Source: Alphaproteobacteria bacterium
GTDB taxonomy: Bacteria; Pseudomonadota; Alphaproteobacteria; UBA7985
NCBI GenBank assembly: GCA_965661545.1
Contig: CBFIEF010000013.1
Span: 1,393 to 65,392 of the forward strand
Direction: 5' to 3'
Length of the DNA stretch: 64,000 nucleotides
The translations under genes were made by a program, and so were the position numbers. Numbering within the stretch: the first letter of the stretch is position 1; each line of letters opens with the position of its first letter. The notes under the pieces are model-generated. The model did no database searches. It saw only the letters and a program-made list of their open reading frames with translations, and was not told the DNA's origin. Of this stretch, positions 1 through 9,914 are shown one piece after another.

Positions 1-126
1 AGACTGGCTTTCCCGGCACACGCGGCAATTCCACAAACTCCAACCGCCGCGAATAGCGCGCCTGATCCAACAATCGGCCAACCACATACCGGCGTATGGA
101 CACGATATTGACCTGCGCTCGAGTCA
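1..126 (-). CDS. Possible 5' end of a gene running off the window (MTRAQVNIVSIRRYVVGRLLDQARYSRRLEFVELPRVPGKPV...)
   Basis: ATG at 126 (minus) preceded by GGAG about 10 nt upstream; frame stays open to window start; only 42 codons visible. Confidence 0.2.
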
Positions 127-288
127 TGCGAGGCGCGCTCCTACGTGAGTGTGCAGGCGCTTGATTTTCGCTTGACTGAAACAGCGCCTCTGCTGCCCTT
201 CGTGCAGATTGCGCCGGTTTCGACACGGAATTTCGGTTCTGATTCTGAGGTGTTGCGGTGGGTTGTATCATCCGACATACTCCGTTAT

Positions 289-303
289 GTTCTATATTTG
301 TTC
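289..303. promoter_or_regulatory. GTTC-N7-GTTC motif (alphaproteobacterial LexA/SOS-box consensus) upstream of the repressor gene
   Basis: Sequence gttcTATATTTgttc about 85 bp upstream of the ATG at 388, inside an AT-rich promoter region. Confidence 0.35.
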
Positions 304-387
304 TAGTTTTTAGCAATTAGCAGATCGCCTCGAAACGTCAACACACAAACTGTACTTACTGTTACTTTTTGTATATATTGAGTTATC

Positions 388-1071
388 ATGATGGGAGCAG
401 CCAATGAACGCCTGAAACACGCTCGCACCCGCGCCGGGTTTAGCTCTGCGGTCGCTTTTGCGCGGGAAAAGAGCCTGCCAGAAGTGACCTATCGCGCTCA
501 CGAGAGCGGAACGCGGAACTTCAAGATCGACAGCGCAAAGGCTTACGCTAAGGCGCTCGGCGTGAGCTGGCAGTGGCTGATGTTTGGTGATGAGCAAGAC
601 ACGGTATCAGCGTCCTCCACCATCGACGGTCTGACGCCTGTCTTGTCACCTACCGTGCAGATCCCGGCCTATGACCTCACCGCCGCAGCGGGCTCAGGAC
701 GAGCGGTGCTTGAGGATCGCCCGAGCGCGTATGTGGCTTTCCCCTCTGCGTGGGCACGTGAGTTCACCGGCCCCGCGTCGGCGGATCAGTCCTTGGCCCT
801 GCTGACCGTTGCCGGGGATTCCATGCTGCCGTCACTGGCACACGGCGATCAAATCCTCGTCTACTTGAACCCCGCACCGCCCAGCTTGGACGGCATCTAT
901 GTCATTCGCTTTGGTGAGGATTTGCTGGTTAAACGTGTCCGGCTGAACCCGGCAACTGGGGCCGTATCGCTCATTTCCGACAACTCTGCGCTCTACCCCC
1001 CGATTGAGGACGTGCGGAAGCAAGATCTAACGATGGTGGGCAAGGTCGTCTGGCTGGGTCGCCGCGTCTGA
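388..1071 (+). CDS. XRE-family HTH + S24 peptidase transcriptional repressor (phage CI/LexA-like autocleaving repressor)
   Basis: N-terminal XRE-type HTH (…RAGFSSAVAFAREKSLPEVTYRAHESG…), C-terminal S24 motifs (AGDSMLP, Ser/Lys dyad region, LLVKRV). Confidence 0.8.
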   Translation: MMGAANERLKHARTRAGFSSAVAFAREKSLPEVTYRAHESGTRNFKIDSAKAYAKALGVSWQWLMFGDEQDTVSASSTIDGLTPVLSPTVQIPAYDLTAAAGSGRAVLEDRPSAYVAFPSAWAREFTGPASADQSLALLTVAGDSMLPSLAHGDQILVYLNPAPPSLDGIYVIRFGEDLLVKRVRLNPATGAVSLISDNSALYPPIEDVRKQDLTMVGKVVWLGRRV

Positions 1072-1080
1072 ACTGGCGCG

Positions 1081-1797
1081 CTAAACGTCGAGACTGAATT
1101 GCGCGTTCAGGATGGCCAGAACGTCCCTCGCCAACGGAATGGTAATGGGCCGCTGCTCCGCAAAGGCCCGCGCATCCAGCGTCGCGACCAAGGCTTCAAT
1201 CGCGGAAAACGAGCGGTCGATGCGACTGAGGATGTACTCAATCACTGGCTGTTCGACGCCCAATTGACGATCATCAAACCGCTTGCGCAACACTGCTTCA
1301 AGCAACACGTCATCGGGGGGTAAAATCTCCACCACCGGCACCGCCCGCAATCGAGACGCAAGGTCTGGCGTTGCGACATTCAACCGGCTCAGCGGCTGCT
1401 CGCTCACCAACAGCAGCGCACCGCCGGAAACCATGCGGTTATAGAGGTGAAACAGCGCTTCCTGTTGCTCGGGGTCCAGACTGACAATATCGTCCAACAC
1501 CGCGGCCTGACCGGGTGCCACGTCGGATAACTCCGACAACCCAATAAAGTGGGCCCCGGCCTGTGCCGCCCAAATCCGCGCCAAGTGCGACTTGCCAGAG
1601 CCGCCCGGCCCCACCAGGTTCAGAAACGATGAGGGCCAATTCGGCCAAGCCTGCAGCAACCCAAAGGCCGCTTGGTTGGCCTCGCTGACCGAAAATGTGT
1701 CACGAGACAGGCGCGGTGCTGGGTCGAGATCGAAATCCAGCACCTCCTGCTTTTCCGGGCTGACGCCCTTATCTGCCCCCGTTCCCGCCGTCGTCAT
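1081..1797 (-). CDS. hdaA: HdaA-type DnaA-related regulatory inactivator
   Basis: Walker A GPGGSGKSHLARIW; DnaA-domain III-like; about 238 aa, typical of alphaproteobacterial HdaA. Confidence 0.75.
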   Translation of the reverse strand: MTTAGTGADKGVSPEKQEVLDFDLDPAPRLSRDTFSVSEANQAAFGLLQAWPNWPSSFLNLVGPGGSGKSHLARIWAAQAGAHFIGLSELSDVAPGQAAVLDDIVSLDPEQQEALFHLYNRMVSGGALLLVSEQPLSRLNVATPDLASRLRAVPVVEILPPDDVLLEAVLRKRFDDRQLGVEQPVIEYILSRIDRSFSAIEALVATLDARAFAEQRPITIPLARDVLAILNAQFSLDV

Positions 1798-3023
1798 CAG
1801 TTCGCCAGTTGAATATCGCTCATCGGCAGAATGCGGACGTTCTGCGGTAGCGGTTGGAAGTTTGGCTGCGCGAAGAAAAAGACTTGGATCGCATCCTGAC
1901 GGACCTGCTGTGTGGTGTAGGCCATGAGACGGAAATTCACCGCGCCAAACAGCTGCTGCAACTGCGGCAAACCGCCGGAGAAGGTGATCGAGATGTCCAG
2001 TGCGCCCTCGCGCTCGCCCACCAGCGTCAGTGCCTTAATTTCCTCGTTCGCGCGCAGCAAGTCTTGCAGCTGCAACCACGTCGGCACGTCGGTTCCGATG
2101 ACCACGACGTTGATGCTAAAGACCGGCATCACCTGCTGCTTACTGCTGTCACAGTAGGCCGCCGATGTCTGCTGTTGCAGGTCTTCCGCGGCCCGGCTGA
2201 GCAAACTTTCTAGCGTCTCATCCGCGTCAGCGACCATCGCGACCTCCAGCCGTGACGGCCCATAGCCCTCACCCACGCGGATCGCCTCAACAAACAAATC
2301 CATCGGCTGGCCTTCTGGCCCCGTTGTAACCTCGGCTGAGACCACCAAAGCGCCCGTGAAGCCGTACTTTTCGAGCAAAAACTGCGTCGCAGCACTGGAC
2401 GGTAGCTCGGGGTCAAAGGTGGCCCGGTCTTCTTCGTCACCATCGGCAACGTCATAGGACTGCAAAAAAGACCGGTTCGGCCCCATCGCCCACAGGGCGT
2501 TCCACGGGTTGTCTTCAAACGCCATCGCCGGACCGCCATCAATGCGCAGAATCGGGATCGCGAGCTGCGTCGGCGCAGGACCATCGGCAAAGGCCGCTTG
2601 CTGGTTCGCGAGATAAGTTTTCACCTGCGCGGGGTCAAACGCGATGTTGAGCAGGCCCGAGTAGCTGTTGCCGATGATCTTCTGGTCAGTCAGCTCCAGC
2701 GTTTGCACCATTTCCTGCAGCGCGGTGTCACTGGGGACGCGCAGCACGTCTCGCCCATCCACGCACACCATCCGCTCGGACACTTCCCGCAAGCCCGCCA
2801 AACGCGCATTGCGAAAGGCGATGTTCTGAGCCTCTGCGCCTGTGCCGGCCACGGCTTTGGTCTGGATATTGTCCACGAAGTAGCCCGGCCACAGCGTCTG
2901 CGCGCTGGTCATCGGCGCCGCCACAGTTGCCGCAAATCCGATGCCACACGCCAAAGCCGCCGCGAACCGCGATGTTTTAACCAGCAGCGTTTTTAATCCA
3001 AACATGGATAATCCCTGTCTCAA
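1797..3023 (-). CDS. Conserved hypothetical exported protein (signal peptide)
   Basis: N-terminal hydrophobic signal sequence; its stop overlaps the hdaA start (ATGA), suggesting translational coupling. Confidence 0.6.
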   Translation of the reverse strand: MRQGLSMFGLKTLLVKTSRFAAALACGIGFAATVAAPMTSAQTLWPGYFVDNIQTKAVAGTGAEAQNIAFRNARLAGLREVSERMVCVDGRDVLRVPSDTALQEMVQTLELTDQKIIGNSYSGLLNIAFDPAQVKTYLANQQAAFADGPAPTQLAIPILRIDGGPAMAFEDNPWNALWAMGPNRSFLQSYDVADGDEEDRATFDPELPSSAATQFLLEKYGFTGALVVSAEVTTGPEGQPMDLFVEAIRVGEGYGPSRLEVAMVADADETLESLLSRAAEDLQQQTSAAYCDSSKQQVMPVFSINVVVIGTDVPTWLQLQDLLRANEEIKALTLVGEREGALDISITFSGGLPQLQQLFGAVNFRLMAYTTQQVRQDAIQVFFFAQPNFQPLPQNVRILPMSDIQLAN

Positions 3024-3198
3024 ACAGATGAAGCCCCCGCTCCAGCCCCTGTTCTAGTCCAATGTTATGGCCTTGGCTTGTCAAAATTTTACTGCGATTC
3101 AACCCTGCGTCCTAGACAGTTGCAGAGCGGTTTAAGCGCGGGTATTGAGAACATCAGAAAACACTAACACTTACTGTCGTCCAAGGATTGAGCGAGAC

Positions 3199-3477
3199 AT
3201 GTCCGACCACGAATTGGCCTCCGAGGCTCACAAAACCACTTTTGCAGGCATGATGTCGAATTCCCGTGTCCTGTCCCTGTTCTGCGGCTTCGTGCTGCTG
3301 TTGCTTGCTGCGCTGTTTGGCGTGCCAGTGCCGCTGCTCGCGCTGACGGCCATCGTGCTCGTTGTTGCTTTTGTCTTCATGGGCGGCTCTGCCGCGACCG
3401 GTGTGATCGCTCTGGTCTTGTTCGCGATTTTCGGTCTGGTCTGGAAATTCGGCTCTTGGTTCATTGGCCTGTTCTAG
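3199..3477 (+). CDS. Small two-helix membrane protein
   Basis: ORF 3145..3477 with likely start MSDHELAS; two long hydrophobic helices; followed by a terminator. Confidence 0.5.
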   Translation: MSDHELASEAHKTTFAGMMSNSRVLSLFCGFVLLLLAALFGVPVPLLALTAIVLVVAFVFMGGSAATGVIALVLFAIFGLVWKFGSWFIGLF

Positions 3478-3499
3478 GCAGCCGCTGAATCAAACCCAT

Positions 3500-3541
3500 A
3501 AAAAAGGCGCTGCACCCTCATCGGTGCAGCGCCTTTTTTTT
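3500..3541. terminator. Bidirectional rho-independent terminator (A-run, GC hairpin, T-run)
   Basis: aaaaaGGCGCTGCACCctcatcGGTGCAGCGCCtttttttt between convergent genes. Confidence 0.8.
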
Positions 3542-3562
3542 GTGCCTGACTGAACCGCCAGC

Positions 3563-3979
3563 TTAGCCGACGATTTCAGCTTCGGAGAACCACTGTGCGA
3601 TTTCCAGCGCAGCATTTTCGCTGCTGTCGGAGCCGTGCACAGAGTTTTCGCCGATGGACAGAGCGTGCGCCTTACGGATGGTGCCTTCGTCTGCTTCAGC
3701 CGGGTTCGTTGCGCCCATGACGGTGCGGTAACGGGTGATTGCGTCGTCGCCTTCGAGCACCTGAACCACAACTGGCTCAGACATCATGAATTCGACCAAC
3801 TCGCCAAAGAAAGGGCGTTCGGAGTGAACAGCGTAGAAACGCTCAGCCTGAACTTGGGTCATGTGCACGCGCTTTTGAGCGACGATGCGCAGGCCCGCGC
3901 CTTCGATCATGGCGTTGATCGCGCCGGTCAGGTTGCGCTTGGTGGCGTCTGGCTTGATGATGGAAAAAGTGCGATCCAT
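3563..3979 (-). CDS. ndk: Nucleoside diphosphate kinase
   Basis: [12 protein letters not shown]…NAIHGSDS motifs; 139 aa from the internal ATG of the 207-aa ORF. Confidence 0.9.
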   Translation of the reverse strand: MDRTFSIIKPDATKRNLTGAINAMIEGAGLRIVAQKRVHMTQVQAERFYAVHSERPFFGELVEFMMSEPVVVQVLEGDDAITRYRTVMGATNPAEADEGTIRKAHALSIGENSVHGSDSSENAALEIAQWFSEAEIVG

Positions 3980-4102
3980 GGTGGTGTATCCTGAACAGAG
4001 GTTTGTCTTTGACGCCGCTCTAAGCCCTTCGACGGCCAACGTCCAACGCGGATTGAGAAAGGCACCCTTGTTCTGACGCAGGACCGCGTTAAAACCCTGT
4101 TC

Positions 4103-6052
4103 ATGCTTTCGATTTCGAACCTCACCTATCGCATCGCCGGACGGCCCATTCTCAACGGCTGTTCCGCCACTCTGTACCCCAACCATCGCATTGGCTTGGT
4201 GGGACGCAACGGGGCGGGCAAGTCGACGCTGCTGAAACTGATCACCGGGGAGCTTGGCCCGGATGAAGGGGACATTCAGCTGCCAGCGCGCTGGTCCATG
4301 GGCATGACCACACAGGACGCCCCGGGGGGTGACCGCTCCCTGATCGATACCGTCCTCGCAGCGGACAAAGAGCGCACGGCGCTGATGGACGAGTTAGAGA
4401 ACCCCGATACCCCGCCAGAGCGCATCGGTGACATCCACGGGCGGCTCGAAGACATCTCCGCCGCCGCCGCCCCATCCCGGGCTGCGCGAATTTTGGCGGG
4501 CTTGGGCTTTAGCGAAGAAGCACAGAACCGGGCGTGTTCGGAATTCTCAGGTGGTTGGCGGATGCGCGTGGCTTTGGCGGCGCTGCTGTTTACCCAGCCC
4601 GACTTGCTGTTGCTCGACGAGCCGACCAACCACCTTGATCTCGAAGCCACCATTTGGCTTGAGGCCTATTTGAAAGCCTATCGCGGCACGATCCTGATCG
4701 TCAGCCACGACCGGACTTTGCTGAACTCGGTGGTCACGGACATCATCCATCTCGAGGCTAAGACGCTAACAGCCTACAAGGGCAACTACGATTTTTTCGA
4801 AAAAACCCGCGCTGAACGGATGGCGCTGGCCGCGAAACAGCGGGAAAAGCAGGAAGCCCAGCGCGCACATATCATGAGCTTCGTTGACCGCTTCCGCTAT
4901 AAAGCGTCCAAGGCGACACAGGCGCAATCCCGGCTGAAAATGCTGGCCAAGATGCAGCCGATTGCCTCTGTGGCTGAAGAGTGGACTGTTACTTTCGACT
5001 TCCCAACCCCGCAAACCCTCGCCTCCCCGCTGTTCACCATCGACAACGGCGAGATTGGCTATGCCGAAGACCCAGCCGTGCTCAAGCGGGTGAACCTGCG
5101 GATTGACAGCGACGACCGGATCGCCCTGCTCGGCGCGAACGGGAACGGGAAATCGACGCTGCTAAAGGTGCTGGCGGGCCGTTTGAAGGTGCGGGATGGC
5201 CTTGTGCAGAAGTCGGGCAAGCTCAAAATTGGCTATTTCGCGCAGCATCAGGCGGACGAATTATCGCTGGAAAGCACGCCGCTGGAAACGCTGAAAAAGC
5301 TGATGGTCAAAGCGACGGAAACCCAAGTGCGCTCGCAGCTCGGTCGCTTTGGCTTTGGCGAGGACAAGGCGGAAACCAAGATTGGCAATCTCTCAGGCGG
5401 GGAAAAGGCGCGGCTGCTGTTCGCGCTGATCAGCCGAGAGGCGCCGCACATCATCCTGATGGATGAGCCGACCAACCACTTAGACGTGGACAGCCGTCAA
5501 GCGCTGGTCCAGGCGATCAACGGCTACGACGGCGCCGTCATCATCGTCACCCACGACCCGCATCTGGTCGAACTAACCGCTGACCGGCTGTGGATCGTCC
5601 GCCACGGCAAGGTGGAACGGTTCGAGGGCGACATGACCGATTACCGGCGCGAGCTGCTATCCGAGCGCCGCAACGCCCAACGCGACAGCCGCTCATCCGG
5701 CAGCAGCAAGGCCAGCGCAGCCAGCGACAGCAGCATCGACGACGGCCAATCCGCCGAAGACCGCAAACGAGCCCGCCAAGCCGCCGCCAACGCCCGAGCG
5801 GCGCTCAAGCCGTTGAAAAACAAGGTATCTGCAGCGGAAAAACGGGTGGAGAAAATCCAAACCGAAATCAACAAAGGCCAAGCCCTCCTCGCCGACCCCA
5901 CCGTCTACACCGACCCTGCAAAATCCGCGAAAGTCCCGGCGTGGCAAAAGAAACTCGGCGAGCTGGAAAAGATGCTGGAAGAGGCCGAAGAAGAATGGCT
6001 CACGCTGGAAGCGGAGTTGGAAGAGGCAGAGAGCGCCGCCAATTCAGGCTGA
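4103..6052 (+). CDS. ABC-F family ATPase (two ABC domains plus C-terminal K/A/E-rich coiled coil; Uup/YheS-like)
   Basis: Two Walker A ([18 protein letters not shown]), two LSGGE signatures, charged C-terminal tail. Confidence 0.85.
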   Translation: MLSISNLTYRIAGRPILNGCSATLYPNHRIGLVGRNGAGKSTLLKLITGELGPDEGDIQLPARWSMGMTTQDAPGGDRSLIDTVLAADKERTALMDELENPDTPPERIGDIHGRLEDISAAAAPSRAARILAGLGFSEEAQNRACSEFSGGWRMRVALAALLFTQPDLLLLDEPTNHLDLEATIWLEAYLKAYRGTILIVSHDRTLLNSVVTDIIHLEAKTLTAYKGNYDFFEKTRAERMALAAKQREKQEAQRAHIMSFVDRFRYKASKATQAQSRLKMLAKMQPIASVAEEWTVTFDFPTPQTLASPLFTIDNGEIGYAEDPAVLKRVNLRIDSDDRIALLGANGNGKSTLLKVLAGRLKVRDGLVQKSGKLKIGYFAQHQADELSLESTPLETLKKLMVKATETQVRSQLGRFGFGEDKAETKIGNLSGGEKARLLFALISREAPHIILMDEPTNHLDVDSRQALVQAINGYDGAVIIVTHDPHLVELTADRLWIVRHGKVERFEGDMTDYRRELLSERRNAQRDSRSSGSSKASAASDSSIDDGQSAEDRKRARQAAANARAALKPLKNKVSAAEKRVEKIQTEINKGQALLADPTVYTDPAKSAKVPAWQKKLGELEKMLEEAEEEWLTLEAELEEAESAANSG

Positions 6053-6097
6053 AACAGCCAGGAAGTCGAAGCCAACCAATTGGCGGCTCGAATCCTC

Positions 6098-6208
6098 ATG
6101 CCCATGTCAAAAATTGAAGAGTTCATGGATAAAGGCACAACCACGCCTGAGGTCTTGGCTGCAGCCTTTGGTGTAAGCTTGACCGCGATGTCAATTCGCT
6201 TGGGATTA
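6098..6208 (+). other. Short ORF or gene remnant with HTH-like tail (MPMSKIEEFMDKGTTTPEVLAAAFGVSLTAMSIRLGLAT)
   Basis: Frame is open from just after the ABC-F stop; resembles the C-terminal end of ImmA/IrrE-type or HTH proteins; probably a fragment. Confidence 0.2.
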
Positions 6209-6213
6209 GCGAC

Positions 6214-6648
6214 CTAGGCCGACCCAGCCATCAAATACTCCAGACCCAGCAGATCTTCGCAGTCATCGGTGGTGATGAGCACCAAGCCGTCCGTCATCGC
6301 CTGTGCAGCGATCATGTTGCGCAAGGGGTCAGAGATATCGCTATCGCGTTCGAATGTGGCAGCCAAGCGGGCGGCGGGGCTGGAGATGTCTAGTTCTTGG
6401 AATTGGTAGACGAACTTCACCTGCTTAAACCGCTCAACCAGCGGCTCAACCTCCGGCAAAATGCCCTTGGAGTACTTGTAAGAAAGCTCAAACACCGAAG
6501 CCGCCGATACGTAAACCGGCGCTGAGGTATGCTGAATCAAATCGGCGACCGCAGGAGAAAGCCGCGGGTCGGCGTTGACGAACCAGACCAAAACAGCCGT
6601 GTCGAGCAAATACCCTTTGGGTTCCCCTGTAGGAGCAGCTTGGGCCAC
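6214..6648 (-). CDS. vapC: PIN-domain ribonuclease toxin (VapC)
   Basis: LLDTAVLV… N-terminal Asp, FELSYK, and LITTDDCED acidic residues typical of PIN. Confidence 0.75.
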   Translation of the reverse strand: MAQAAPTGEPKGYLLDTAVLVWFVNADPRLSPAVADLIQHTSAPVYVSAASVFELSYKYSKGILPEVEPLVERFKQVKFVYQFQELDISSPAARLAATFERDSDISDPLRNMIAAQAMTDGLVLITTDDCEDLLGLEYLMAGSA

Positions 6649-6650
6649 GC

Positions 6651-6848
6651 TCAGCTCCCCGTCTCAGGCGCTTGCGGATACAGCGGGCGCAGGACTTCGT
6701 CCGGGTCAGACGCCGCGATGGTGCCAAAGTAACCCGGTGCTGGCCGGTTGGATGTCCCTTGGCTCGGCACAGAGATCGAGCGCGCGGGCAGGCCATTTTT
6801 CTGCGTGTTCAGGACACCAGCAGTATCAGCAGACAATCCATCATCCAT
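6651..6848 (-). CDS. Putative antitoxin paired with VapC (VapB-like, 65 aa)
   Basis: Small ORF immediately upstream of and overlapping vapC by about 1 nt; the 5' extension to 6956 has atypical low-GC3 codons, so the short start was chosen. Confidence 0.4.
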   Translation of the reverse strand: MDDGLSADTAGVLNTQKNGLPARSISVPSQGTSNRPAPGYFGTIAASDPDEVLRPLYPQAPETGS

Positions 6849-6933
6849 TCGTCTCTGGCCTCGCTTCCCGGTCAGCTCTAACCGGGCTGAGAAATAAACA
6901 CAATTTTTGAACACGAATTGAACGGGCATCGAG

Positions 6934-7389
6934 CTAGGCTCGCTTCTCCCATCCACCGCGTTGATTCTGCTGCCAATAACTCAACTCTGGCGCGCTTTCC
7001 AGACTTTTCATCGATGACCACCGGGTCCGAGCCTCGGCAACCGACGCCTCATGCCGTCCGTCAAACAGAATGCAGCAAACCGCAAAGGCGTCAAAGCCAT
7101 CAGATGCCGCACCGTCGGTAACGAACAAATACGACCCTGCGCCGGGGTTATCCAAACCCGTGGTCAGCCAGATGGGTTGATCCTGGGCAAACCCTGTTTC
7201 CTCGTGCCCATGGGGCAGGAATTCGGCGTCATTGAAGGTCCACAACGCTTCATCAATATCGCTCAACCGTTCCGGCGTGGAACAGCGAACGACAGCGCGG
7301 GCGTCGCGTTCCAGCGTGCGCTTGAGCATGATCGGAAGAGCGTCTTCCAACCGCGAGCGCGTCAGGTGGTAAAATCGAACGTCGGTCAT
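6934..7389 (-). CDS. holC: DNA polymerase III chi subunit
   Basis: MTDVRFYHLTRSRLEDALP… N-terminus characteristic of alphaproteobacterial HolC; about 150 aa. Confidence 0.7.
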   Translation of the reverse strand: MTDVRFYHLTRSRLEDALPIMLKRTLERDARAVVRCSTPERLSDIDEALWTFNDAEFLPHGHEETGFAQDQPIWLTTGLDNPGAGSYLFVTDGAASDGFDAFAVCCILFDGRHEASVAEARTRWSSMKSLESAPELSYWQQNQRGGWEKRA

Positions 7390-9914
7390 TGTTTGCCAGT
7401 GCCGTTGCTGTTGGCTGCGAGCGCGCGTGCCATGGCGTCCATGTCCATGGAGGCGCTGAGTTCAGTTTCATCACCAATGGCCTCATCAATCAATGCCGCA
7501 GCGCTTTGATCGAGGATTTCGTCAGGCGTAGAGCTGGCTGAAGCCACACCTTCGCGGCCAATGTCCAGCATGACAGGCACGGCCATAGGGGAGACACGCG
7601 GCAGATGGATGTGCTCGATTTGCCCTTGGAACCGAACCAGCATGTCCGCCAAACGGCTCACATCGGTCAGTCCCCCCGCTGCGTCCTGCCGTGTGGCGCG
7701 CAGCAAGACGTGATCGGGCTCGTGCCGGCGCAAGACGTCGTAGATGATGTCATTGTTGAACGTGACTTGCCGCCGATTTTTCTTAGGCCCCATGACGTTT
7801 TGATCAATCAAACCGCCAATGACAGCGCAGCGGCGGAACGTGCGCTTGAGCATGGTGCTCTCATCCATCCACGCCTCGAGATCGTCGCCCAACATGTCCT
7901 GATCAAACAGTTCTTCGACCTGCTCTCGCGTTTCGGGCACGCGCAAGGACCAGGTGGCGATGCAGTAATCCGATGCAACAAACCCCAGCGGCGCATAGCC
8001 AAAACGCTCTAACCGCTTGGTCAGCAGCATGCCGAGGGTTTGATGCGCGTTACGCCCTTCGAAGCAATAGGCCACAAGGTATGTGCGATCCCCACGCGGG
8101 AACGTTTCTACCAGCAACTTATCGGCAGAGGGCAAGAGCGACTTTGCTTGCTGCAACTGCAACCACTCGCGCACAGGATCGGGCAGTTTGGGCCACTCGT
8201 TGGGGTCTTCGAGCATGACGCGCACGCGGTCTGCCAAATTCGCCGTCAGCGGCTGTCGGCCACCACCGTAAGCCGGAACGGCGGGTTCACGCACACTGCG
8301 ATGGGCCTTGCGGCAAATCAGGCTGGTTTCATCGATCTTAACGAACTCCAGCAGGCGGCCTGCGAAGATAAAGGTGTCGCCGGGGCGCAGGCCGTTGGCA
8401 AACAGCTCCTCAACCTCTCCCAAGGCTTTGCCATAGCCATTGCCCAAGCGAACCTTGAGCGTCGTGGCCTCGACGATTGTGCCGATGTTCATGCGGTAGC
8501 GCTTGGCATGATGCTGGTCTGCGATCCCACGCCGTCCATCACCCAAGGTCACCAGCCGCTTGAACCGCTCATAGGCCCGCAAGGCATAGCCCCCGTCGGT
8601 GACAAACTTCAGCGTGTCATCGAAGTCTTTCCGGCTGAGGTCGCGGAAGGGGCGCGCAGTGATTACTTCAGCATAGAGCGCGTCGGGATGAAACGGCCAG
8701 GCACAGCTCATACCGATCAAGTGTTGAGCCAAGACGTCGAGGCCACCGGGCCGGATGGGGTCGCCGTCGAGTTCTTCGTCAAACACCCCGTCCATGCAGG
8801 CTTGACACTCCAACACTTCAAACCGGTTTGCCGGGACCAGAACCGCGCGACTGGCTTCATCGAAGCGGTGGTTCGCGCGGCCAATGCGCTGCATCAGGCG
8901 ACTGACGCCCTTGGGTGCGCCCACCTGCACCACCAGATCCACGTCGCCCCAATCGATCCCCAGCTCAAGCGATGACGTCGCCACCACCGATTGCAGCGTT
9001 CCCGCCGCCATCGCCGCCTCAACCTTGCGCCGTTGTTCGCGGTCCAAAGAGCCGTGGTGCATGGCAATGGCCAAACCATCCTCATTGAGCCGCCACAGCT
9101 CGGCGAAGCACAACTCGGCCTGTGCGCGGGTGTTGACAAAAATGATCGACATGCCCGCATCGCGGATCAGCTCATAGACGCCCTCCATCGCGTGAACGCC
9201 CATGTGGCCAGACCATGGCATGTGGACGTGGTCTTCGGGGGTTAGAATGCGAATATCGGGTTTCTTCTTAGGCCGGCCACGCACATGAACCACGCGATCC
9301 GACGGACGGCCATCGGGAGAGAGCCAGTCGAGCAAAACCTGCTCCTCCGCCACCGTTGCGGACAGGCCCACGCGCCGATGATCCGGCGCCAAGGACTGCA
9401 AACGCGCCAACCCCAGCGACAGCAGCACGCCGCGCTTGTTCGGGGCCAGCGCATGCAGCTCATCAAGGATCACACAGCGCAGGTTGGCGAACAGCCGGTC
9501 GCTGTCCTCTAGCGACAGCAGCAGGGCGAGGCTCTCGGGTGTGGTCATCAGGATGTTGGGCGGGTTCTCCCGCTGGCGCGCGCGGCGGTTTGGCGGCGTG
9601 TCGCCGGTGCGGGCTTCAGCGGTGATGGGCAAATCCATCTCGCTCAGCGGTGTTTCCAGGTTCCGCCGGATGTTGGTGGCCAGCGCCTTCAGCGGCGAAA
9701 TATAGATCGTGTGCAAGCCCTCAAAATCCGGCTGCTCGGCCAGCTCGACCAGCGAAGGCAAGAACCCAGCCAGCGTCTTACCCCCACCTGTGGGTGCAGT
9801 CAGCAGCGCGGATTGACCCGCGCGCGCAGCGGCCAGCATGGCAAGCTGATGCTCATGCGCCTGCCAACCACGGGCGACAAACCAGTCTTGAAACACCGTT
9901 GGTAAGGCGGTCAC
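7386..9914 (-). CDS. lhr: Lhr-core type ATP-dependent DExH helicase (ligase-associated DNA damage response helicase family)
   Basis: PTGGGKT Walker A, DELH box, TPESL, about 840 aa, matching the Lhr-core/LigD-associated helicase size. Confidence 0.7.
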   Translation of the reverse strand: MTALPTVFQDWFVARGWQAHEHQLAMLAAARAGQSALLTAPTGGGKTLAGFLPSLVELAEQPDFEGLHTIYISPLKALATNIRRNLETPLSEMDLPITAEARTGDTPPNRRARQRENPPNILMTTPESLALLLSLEDSDRLFANLRCVILDELHALAPNKRGVLLSLGLARLQSLAPDHRRVGLSATVAEEQVLLDWLSPDGRPSDRVVHVRGRPKKKPDIRILTPEDHVHMPWSGHMGVHAMEGVYELIRDAGMSIIFVNTRAQAELCFAELWRLNEDGLAIAMHHGSLDREQRRKVEAAMAAGTLQSVVATSSLELGIDWGDVDLVVQVGAPKGVSRLMQRIGRANHRFDEASRAVLVPANRFEVLECQACMDGVFDEELDGDPIRPGGLDVLAQHLIGMSCAWPFHPDALYAEVITARPFRDLSRKDFDDTLKFVTDGGYALRAYERFKRLVTLGDGRRGIADQHHAKRYRMNIGTIVEATTLKVRLGNGYGKALGEVEELFANGLRPGDTFIFAGRLLEFVKIDETSLICRKAHRSVREPAVPAYGGGRQPLTANLADRVRVMLEDPNEWPKLPDPVREWLQLQQAKSLLPSADKLLVETFPRGDRTYLVAYCFEGRNAHQTLGMLLTKRLERFGYAPLGFVASDYCIATWSLRVPETREQVEELFDQDMLGDDLEAWMDESTMLKRTFRRCAVIGGLIDQNVMGPKKNRRQVTFNNDIIYDVLRRHEPDHVLLRATRQDAAGGLTDVSRLADMLVRFQGQIEHIHLPRVSPMAVPVMLDIGREGVASASSTPDEILDQSAAALIDEAIGDETELSASMDMDAMARALAANSNGTGKQ

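Noticed and set aside
5590-6117. 175-aa plus-strand ORF rich in R/P/Q overlapping the ABC-F gene
   Set aside because: Alternative-frame ORF inside a confidently assigned gene. Composition typical of GC-rich out-of-frame translation.
6849-6956. 5' extension of the antitoxin ORF to a 101-aa version
   Set aside because: The extension uses AT-rich rare codons unlike the rest of the genome, so the shorter 65-aa start was preferred.
8040-8975. 311-aa plus-strand ORF antisense to the Lhr helicase gene
   Set aside because: Antisense shadow ORF in a high-GC gene. No motif support.
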